Assembly (NCBI GenBank): GCA_049472355.1
Contig: JBLIRP010000023.1
Location: 1 to 44,286, forward strand
Direction: 5' to 3'
Length of the DNA stretch: 44,286 nt
From: a bacterium
GTDB lineage: Bacteria > SZUA-182 > DTGQ01 > JAFGSM01
The position numbers were made by a program, and so were the translations under genes. Below, piece after piece: positions 39,501 to 44,286 of this stretch (positions within the stretch are counted from its first letter, which is position 1; each line of letters begins with the position of its first letter). The notes beneath the pieces are model-generated. The model saw nothing but the letters and a program-made list of their open reading frames with translations. It made no database searches and was not told the DNA's origin.

Positions 39501-42500
39501 TGGGTATAGTCGATCCCCGTGTCAATAACACCGACCAGAACACGCCCTGTCCCGGTGTGCGTATCCCATGCCTCGGGTGCATCGATATCCGCATCCGGGC
39601 TCCCCCCGGTCTGCCCCTCATTGTGCATGGCATAGAGTAGGCCGAAGTAGGGGTCATCCGGTATGACGCCTGTGGCGCTGACCCTGAAGTCCGGCTGTGC
39701 ATAGGCCACATTGGCGTCTTCCTTGAGCATGGCGATGGCATCGATGACGCCCTGTTCGGTTTCACTGTCTACGGACAACAGGAAAAGCCTCCTGCCGAAG
39801 TATGACCGCGCGCCGGTCCAAGGTCTTCTGGCCGTGGCCAGCTCCCGCACCGAGCCAGCTCCGATAACGGTCAATAGGTCGGCATCGGCAAATGATTCAG
39901 CGCCCTCCTTCAGCCCGACAATTATCCGCCCGGGGGCAAAATCGGCTGCATAAGTGCCTTCGTTGTAAATACGAGAGGTGTTTACACGGCTGTCAAGGGT
40001 AAAGCCCTGTTTAGAGACCATACCTAAGGGATTGCCTGTCTCCTCGACCGAGGTTACCTGGTAGGATAAAATATCCCCACCCATATTTGAAAGGATGGAT
40101 TGCAGATCAGCGGGAGGGTCAAACGGCCCTACGCTAAAATGCAGGAGAGAAGGATCCAGTCGGGCATCCGGCGGCGCCACACCATTGCCACTCAGGGCAA
40201 CCGTAATGGCCCGATTGACATCCGCATCGCTCTTGATCCTCAGCCTGCCTGTTACCATCCCTTCATGGACGGGGGTGAATAGTACCTCAAAACTGACACT
40301 GTCAAAGGCAGGGATAATCAAGGGGAGTTCCGCGTTATGGCTGAACTCTCTATTTTTCTTATGTGCCTTCTTTGCTCCTTTTATATCCATCTTCTTGACT
40401 CTGATGTCCTCATTGCCCGAATTCGTCAGGGTCAGGGTCACGGAGCTGCTTGTCCCTATCCAGACATTCCCGAAATCGTGACTGGCGGGTGAGACATCGA
40501 GGTGTTTTATTGCATTGACCACCATCGTGCAGGGAACGGATACGGGATTGGGCGCACCGGGTGCATTGTGGCTGATTTCCATGTTGGCACGATACGTATC
40601 CGCCAGCATATTCGTGGCATCAAGGCTCACCTCTATTGCCAGGGACATGCCTGCCGGTATTCTGCCTGATGCGAGATCCACCGACAGCCAGCTTTTTCCT
40701 CCTTCGGCGGTCCATTTGAGTGCATTTTCCCACAGCAGGTAAAAGTCCCCCACCACCGGTTCATAGTAAGGGGCTACCGGACATACGGTGACAGCCGTAA
40801 TCCGACCTGCGGGCTCGTTAAACACGAGCAGGGGATCTCCGTCCGTCCACCAGGCCACAGCCGTTGCATCATCGCGCACGGTCACCGGCCCGCCACGACC
40901 ATAACAAGCCAATTTGGTCAGTCCGGTGGTTAAAGGATGGGGTATGATGCTTTCCGTATCCAGCTCGGCATACGTGAAATCAGAGGCCCCCCCGTAAAGC
41001 GGGTCTATCGTGTGCAAGGCGCCCCAACCCTCTCCGTACTCCCGGTCTGTCCAATAGAAGGTCCCCAGAACCAGATTGCCGCCTGACATCACGTACTCGT
41101 ACAGCCGATCGCCCACCGCGGGAGAATTGACAGGAAAATACTGGGTAAACATCAAGACCACGTCAAAGGTTTGCAGATAGTCCAAATCCGGCGCGCCATG
41201 GTCCATGTCGTACGTTGCAAAGGCGACATCCGTCATATTGGCGCCGAAATTTTCGGCAACCCAATCGTAATCGGTCACCGGTGACATGACCAGGACGTTT
41301 ATGACACGATCCAGCCTTACCCCCTGGTCGCTGTTCCGCAGGTCATCGACGGTATACCGATATTCGGGCGTAGCGTGATCTTCGTATCGAAAGCCCGTCC
41401 TCGGGCCGGACGATATGGATTCCTTGGAGGGTTGAGAAGAGACCACGTTCTCCACCTTCACATTTAACCCTTCCACCGCTTCAATCGAGATATCAAATTC
41501 CAGGTCATCCCCGCCGGTGTTCGTAATCGTCAGTGTCCTGGTCACACGCTCTCCGAGGTCCAGGACCTCAGAGAACCTCTCCGGGGCAATTTCGATATCC
41601 GGAGGGAGCACACCTGTACCGGAAAGGGCGACCGTAAGCGCAGGATTGTCCTCCGCATCGCTGGTGATGGTCATGACGCCTGTTGCCGGGCCTTCGTCCA
41701 CAGGGGCAAACGTCGCCTCAAGGCTGACACTGCCAAAGGGCGGTACCTCCAGGGGCAGAACCGCATCATGGCCGAACACCCCATTGTCCATCGTAATGGC
41801 ACGTATCGTGGTCGAATCGTTGCCTGAATTTGCCAGGGTCAGGGTTACAGCCCCGCCTTTCCCTATCCACAGCTTTCCATAATCATGACTTGCCGGCGAC
41901 ACATCGAGGTGTTTTATGCCGTTCACAACCAGCGTGCATGGAACTGGTAAGGGATCGGGTTCATTGAGTGCATTATGGCTGACGTTCAGGTTGGCAGTGT
42001 AGGTGCCTGCGATCCTTTCTGTTGCATCAAAAGTCACCTCTATCGCCATGGATGAGCCTGGTGCAACAACGCCGATTTTCGGGCTGGCGGAGATCCAATC
42101 CGCGCCTTTGATGCCGAGTGAATATAGGAGCGCATTGGGCAATAAGGGATCGCCGCTGTTGTAGCCAAGATAGTAATTAAATTCCCAACACATGCCCGTG
42201 GCGATCAATGTTCCCGATCCGACCTTGTACTCCACAGTGGTCGGAATCCCTGATTCATTGACAACAATTACCCTCGCCTCAGGGGGCACATTTTCGAATG
42301 CTTCATGACTGGCGAAACTTCCGTATAATGGATCATATGCCCCCGCAACAATCGGATGGGTGGGGTCTGCAATATAATTGTATATATGTAACGCTTCATT
42401 TCTTAAGGTCTGCATTCCGCCCGGAAACGGCAAATTAGGAATCCTGTCAAAAGAAAAGGCGGCGCAGTGATATTCAATCACCCCTCCTGAGCGCAGAAAG

Positions 42501-44286
42501 GATTCAAACCGGCTGAAGTTATCAATGTACGCGTTATAGAAGCTAAACGTCTGCTGTGATTCAAATATGATTACATCATAGGGACTTAGATCAATGCCGT
42601 ACATGTCGGAGGATCTGGCTGTGGATACCGTGGCACCCATGGCCTCCAACAGGGGGACATTGACATTTATTCCCCAGGCCAAATTATCCCTGAAGATCAA
42701 TACATTGCTGTCATCATTCACTACGGATTCACTCATTGCAGTCGCATTCGTAAATGAATCATCGATGCTGTTTCTCGTGTCATCGCCGTTAGCTTGCGCC
42801 CTTATTTCTTCCCGTACGCTCTCCAATCCTTCGTATGCCGACAGGGCCATGGGCAAGTCGAGCATATCGATGTCAATGGAGAATTCCAGATCATTGCCGC
42901 CAGTGTTCGTAATTGTCAGCGTTCTGGTGACCATTTCCCCAAGATCCAAGGCTTCCGAGAGGCTCTCCGGGTCAACACCGATCACCGGAGGAAGAATACC
43001 TGTGCCTATTAAATCAACCACAAGGGAGGGGTAATCCTCCGCATCACTGTTGATCGTCAAACTGCCTATTCTTACACCCGTATCAACAGGGGCAAAGGTT
43101 ACCTCGAAGCCGGCCCTGCCAAAGGGCGGTACCTCCAGGGGCAAGGATGCATCGTGGCTGAACTCTGCATTGTCGATGACAATTTCACTGACGATGGTCG
43201 TGTCATTACCTGAATTGGTCAGTGTTACGGTCAGGGTTTCACCTCCCCCTGTAAACACATCTCCAAAATCATGGCTGGTGGGTGAAACGGAGAGATGTTT
43301 TACGCCGTTGACAGTCAGTGAGCAGGGCACAGGCAAAGGATTGGGTTCATTGAGCGCATTGTGGCTGATGTTCAGGTTGGCCACATGGGTACCTGCCAGC
43401 ATATCCGTGGCGTCAAAGGTCACATCGATTGCCATGGACGATCCCGGCGGGATGGTTGCGGTTTCGATATTGACGGAGACCCAGCGGGATTTTCCCATAG
43501 CCGTCCATTTCAATGCATTCTCCCACAGCAGGAAAAAATCCCCTATGACCGGATCATACTCTGGCTCTGAGGGCAACACCGTAACGGCGGTGATTCTCCC
43601 CCCGGGCTTGTTGAACGTGATCAGGGGATCGCCGTCCGTCCACCATGCCACAGCCGTTGCATCATCACGCACGGTCACCGGGCCGCCGCGGGCAAAGCAG
43701 TTGGACAACTCGGTAAGCCCTGCCGTCAAGGGATGCGGTATGATGCTCTTCGTGTCCAACTCGCCGTACATCCAATCACAACTTCCGTCATAGAGTGGAT
43801 CGATGTCTTTTAGGGCACCCCAACCGAATCCAAAATCCCTGGTTTCCCAATACGTGGTCCCTATAACCAAGTTGCCGCCGGAGATCACGTATTCATACAA
43901 TACATCACCCACCTTGCGTGAAACCTCGGATGCCCAGCATTGGAAGAGTAAAACGACATCAAATAATTCAAGATACTTCAGATCGGGAACATCGAAGTTT
44001 ATGTCCATGGCCTCAAATGCCACATCCGTCATCTTGGAGCCGAAATTCTCGGCAACCCAATCATAATCGCAGGTGGATAGGACCAGTACATTGACCACGT
44101 CATCCGGCTTTATCTCCCGGCCACCATTTTGGACCTCACTGAATGCAGCCATATCTTCGATTGAAATCTCGAATTCCAGATTATTCTTGCCGGCATTCCT
44201 GATCGTCAGTGTCCTGGTCACGCGATCTCCGGGACCCAGGGTTTCCGAGAAACCCTCCGGGTCGATTTCGATCTCCGGTGGCAGCA
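30509..44286 (-). CDS. Giant modular extracellular/surface protein (>4,590 aa, 5' end outside window): repeated ASH/choice-of-anchor-D Ig-like domains, split Ig-like modules with inserted domains, one S8 subtilase
   Basis: Frame open from the window edge (LPPEIEIDPEGFSETLGPGDRVTR...). Repeated SP.SHDFG.V....TLTN.G..F.P..G...I.SDA units. S8 triad VIDTG (~39520), HGTHCAG (~39350), GTSMAAPHVAG (~38875). Confidence 0.93.
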   Translation of the reverse strand, partial: LPPEIEIDPEGFSETLGPGDRVTRTLTIRNAGKNNLEFEISIEDMAAFSEVQNGGREIKPDDVVNVLVLSTCDYDWVAENFGSKMTDVAFEAMDINFDVPDLKYLELFDVVLLFQCWASEVSRKVGDVLYEYVISGGNLVIGTTYWETRDFGFGWGALKDIDPLYDGSCDWMYGELDTKSIIPHPLTAGLTELSNCFARGGPVTVRDDATAVAWWTDGDPLITFNKPGGRITAVTVLPSEPEYDPVIGDFFLLWENALKWTAMGKSRWVSVNIETATIPPGSSMAIDVTFDATDMLAGTHVANLNISHNALNEPNPLPVPCSLTVNGVKHLSVSPTSHDFGDVFTGGGETLTVTLTNSGNDTTIVSEIVIDNAEFSHDASLPLEVPPFGRAGFEVTFAPVDTGVRIGSLTINSDAEDYPSLVVDLIGTGILPPVIGVDPESLSEALDLGEMVTRTLTITNTGGNDLEFSIDIDMLDLPMALSAYEGLESVREEIRAQANGDDTRNSIDDSFTNATAMSESVVNDDSNVLIFRDNLAWGINVNVPLLEAMGATVSTARSSDMYGIDLSPYDVIIFESQQTFSFYNAYIDNFSRFESFLRSGGVIEYHCAAFSFDRIPNLPFPGGMQTLRNEALHIYNYIADPTHPIVAGAYDPLYGSFASHEAFENVPPEARVIVVNESGIPTTVEYKVGSGTLIATGMCWEFNYYLGYNSGDPLLPNALLYSLGIKGADWISASPKIGVVAPGSSMAIEVTFDATERIAGTYTANLNVSHNALNEPDPLPVPCTLVVNGIKHLDVSPASHDYGKLWIGKGGAVTLTLANSGNDSTTIRAITMDNGVFGHDAVLPLEVPPFGSVSLEATFAPVDEGPATGVMTITSDAEDNPALTVALSGTGVLPPDIEIAPERFSEVLDLGERVTRTLTITNTGGDDLEFDISIEAVEGLNVKVENVVSSQPSKESISSGPRTGFRYEDHATPEYRYTVDDLRNSDQGVRLDRVINVLVMSPVTDYDWVAENFGANMTDVAFATYDMDHGAPDLDYLQTFDVVLMFTQYFPVNSPAVGDRLYEYVMSGGNLVLGTFYWTDREYGEGWGALHTIDPLYGGASDFTYAELDTESIIPHPLTTGLTKLACYGRGGPVTVRDDATAVAWWTDGDPLLVFNEPAGRITAVTVCPVAPYYEPVVGDFYLLWENALKWTAEGGKSWLSVDLASGRIPAGMSLAIEVSLDATNMLADTYRANMEISHNAPGAPNPVSVPCTMVVNAIKHLDVSPASHDFGNVWIGTSSSVTLTLTNSGNEDIRVKKMDIKGAKKAHKKNREFSHNAELPLIIPAFDSVSFEVLFTPVHEGMVTGRLRIKSDADVNRAITVALSGNGVAPPDARLDPSLLHFSVGPFDPPADLQSILSNMGGDILSYQVTSVEETGNPLGMVSKQGFTLDSRVNTSRIYNEGTYAADFAPGRIIVGLKEGAESFADADLLTVIGAGSVRELATARRPWTGARSYFGRRLFLLSVDSETEQGVIDAIAMLKEDANVAYAQPDFRVSATGVIPDDPYFGLLYAMHNEGQTGGSPDADIDAPEAWDTHTGTGRVLVGVIDTGIDYTHPDLVDNIWTNPGEIPGNGIDDDGNGYVDDVYGWDFCNDDNDPWDDHGHGTHCAGTIAATGNNGIGVVGVSWKAGLVALKFLDWSGSGWTSDAIDAVAYANAMGIPITSNSWGGGPYDQALKDVIDAAGGLGYLFVAAAGNSAMNTDVFPDYPSGYDCENIIAVAATDHNDLLASFSNYGPTTVDLAAPGVDIYSCQPYEGYAYKSGTSMAAPHVAGAAALVWSYNPGLSGVQVKAALLEGVDVVPSLTGKVLSEGRLNVNQALAEIGLPWLSASPMEPGILNPGEEQPITVTVDPKGLVAGQWTGLITLSTNDPVNPMPTIEVIADINGCRTLSASPDSHDFGEVWVGGNSSVTITLKNGCNDTTTVSAIATDNAAFGHNAVLPLEVPPFGSVSFEATFAPVDEGEIIGIMTITSDAEDNPSLEVTLSGTGLLPPQIEIDPESFSEVLDLGDRLTKMLTITNTGGEDLEFDISIEGVEGPSVKVERVVSSQPSTAFISSDVRPGFPYENNSTPGYQYNVNDLRNSNLGIRLDRVINVLVMSPVTDYDWVAENFGANMTDVAFETYDIIYDVPDLEYLKAFDVVLMFSNYSPLNSSKVGDRLYEYVMSGGNLVMGNFYWIERDWGMGWGALETIDPLYGGFCDGRYAELDTNSIIPHPLTTGLTRLGCIGRGGPVTVRDDATAVAWWTDGDPLLVFNEPAGRITAVTTFPAAPLYEPVIGDFYLLWENALKWTAEGGKGWLSVDLASGTIPAGVSLAIQVTFDATDMVADTYVASLNISHNAVNASDPIAVPCTMVVNAVKHLDVSPAVHDFGSVWKGASGSVTLTLTNSGNGATTVRGIETDNPAFGHDAVLPLEVPPFGSVSFGATFAPFDDGPATGIMTITSDAADNPSLTVTLSGTGVLPPEIEIDPEGFSEALDPGESAVRTLTITNTGGHVLEFDMQIEMLSAAEALSADAGTVNILVWNKYSDNSPTGEYVNTLNAISTYCTDFTAEPTDVTDPIALQALLTGKEVFLIPEQERALPDITMIGASWAPVLSDFVSSGGTVIFCGEFWASNGFITSTGLMEVALVRTSVNVPLTVVAPDHPLAEDVPGSLRGENATGWYDVTTPDADVVVVESASYYPVVASRGLGSGNVVVLGFDYFAYNNDMARIIANAVQFGPKWLSVKPESGIVPPGLSIEIEVTFDATDMVADTYLANLNISHNALNAPDPIAIPCTMDVNSIKHLDVAPDSHNFGNVFVGESESVILTLTNTGNDTCRVSDIAIDDPPFRHDAMIPLEVPPFGSVSVEVTFTPIGEGVSIGAMIIASDADDNPSIEVPLSGTGILPAILEITPEMFSEVLDLGGIVTKTLTITNSGGIDLEFAISGPTIESIAGVEPYRYDSSHYERIPKGSEDIRVGQPVPYDTGGPDVFGYRWVDSDEPGGPVFEWVDIVDPNNRLYISDADDDYQEVPLSFPFNLYGVEYTSIFVGSNGYITFGQGSYEGFNSPIPSPYMPAMVAGFWSDLCPGMSGDIYFKDLGDRAIVQFNNVVHFSGMGIYTFQMVLHANGTINLYYKEMMGDASFSTVGIQDAWGTDWLGIAYNTSYVKDFLAIRISSGPSWLKVSPGSGIVPPGRSADVDVTFDASGLVAGVYEITMEIGHNAINATDPVPIPCMLAVNGFRSLDVFPASHDFGDVFIGAGGFVTITLTNGGNDVTTVGAINLDNAEFSHNATMPLAVPPFGSVSFEAVFKPIDEGPEEDSMTITSDAKDNPTLTVALSGMGLLPPEIMISPDSFSEMLDLGDRVTSTLTITNTGMSDLEFDIVGERVDALDDAKTEGREIDLSDAINALVLSTCDYDWVAANFGANMTDVSFETMDINLDIPDLEYLRLFDVVLLFQCWTSDVSPQVGDALYDYVTSGGNLVLGLDYWAIREIGFGWGALETIDPLYGGMSDYIYEELDTNSIVPHPLTAGLTALGCVARGGPVTVRDDAKTVAWWTDGDPLITFNEPGGRITAVTALPSEPQYNPVMGDFFLLWENALKWTAEGRKPQWLSVLPESATVMPGASIAIEVTFDAADMVAGEYRANLNINHNALNEPNPLPVPCSMLVNGVKRLAVSPSSLDFGNMFAGGMKVVTMTLTNAGNDTTTVTEITTDNKVFGVKAILPMKVPPFGSTTFDALFIPVDLGTETGTMVISSDAKDTPTLFVDLAGTGVPPPEITVHPDSFSEKLDPGYAVTRTMTITNSGGYDLEFAISGPTIAGIAGVEPYRYDASHYERIPKGSEDPRIGQIVPYDTGGPDGFGYTWIDSDEPGGPVFEWIDIADPANWLYISEADDDYQELPLSFPFSFYGVEYTDIFVGSNGYITFGEGSYEWSHSPIPSPRMPAMVAGFWSDLCPGMSGDIFFKDLGDRAIVQFQNVTHISDIGVYTFQMVLHADGAINLYYKELMGNASMSAVGIQDALGVDGLGIAYNTSYLKDFLAIRIVAGPSWLRVSPGSGIVPPGRSADVDVTFDAAGLMAEVYELIMEIGHNATNAPSPLLVPCALGVNTMRRLDVSPADHDFGNVWIGTTESVTITLINPGNEITMVHEINLVGDKFGHDAETPLLVPPFGRVSFEAWFTPADTGEETGSITILSDAEDSPLLTVDLTATGVFPPEIVIDPKSFSEVLNSGESITSTLTITNTGGDDLQFDIGFETIKALTIRMEPVVAFQRPQGFISPERQGFRYEDRSIPEYQDNANDLHNSNLGIALDHVINVLVMSPGYDRDWVVENFSANMTDVACVAYDMNSGVPGLEYLQSFDVVLMFTYDIPYNSPEVGDRLYEYVMAGGNLVMGNFYWSDREYGAGWGVLETIDPLYGGACDGMYAELDTNSIISHPLTTGLTGLGCTGRGGPVTVRDDATAVAWWTDGDPLVVFNEPAGRITAVTIFPAAPFYEMVVGDFYLLWENALKWTAEGAKPGWLSVTPRSATVPAGLSILIDVTFDAAGMEADTYAAALRIRHNAINELSPVYIPCTLVVNSL

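Noticed and set aside
44219..44221. GTG 44221 as the start of the giant protein
   Set aside because: The frame stays open to the window edge and the upstream codons continue the repeat module.

Overview
Bacterial genomic window, mostly GC-rich coding DNA with AT-rich intergenic patches; a Gram-negative, deltaproteobacteria-like or candidate-phylum host is an inference. Left end (minus strand): purD, purM and a 512+ aa ORF missing from the ORF track that is a circularly permuted cofactor-independent phosphoglycerate mutase (GpmI-like), cut by the window edge. 4.7-17.2 kb: an apparent envelope-signalling module. An exported TPR-CHAT caspase-like protease, a CHASE2-adenylate cyclase and a DUF928 protein (+) converge on a two-partner secretion pair, tpsB/tpsA (-). 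The module is interrupted by a low-GC Rpn nuclease gene that carries an internal antitoxin start and is flanked by 203-bp direct repeats. Then come a stand-alone larE, a secreted charge-free Gly/Met/Tyr/Leu repeat protein, an RND MFP and permease, an orphan two-CXXCH sensor kinase behind a sigma54 motif, dgkA and an MltD-like lytic transglycosylase with a frameshifted repeat tail. The last 13.8 kb is the 3' part of a giant (>4,590 aa) modular surface protein in which ten cargo domains, one an S8 subtilase, are inserted into repeated Ig-like modules. Several small intergenic repeat or MITE families are present. No rRNA, tRNA or CRISPR array was recognised. All family calls come from motif recognition by eye, not database searches.
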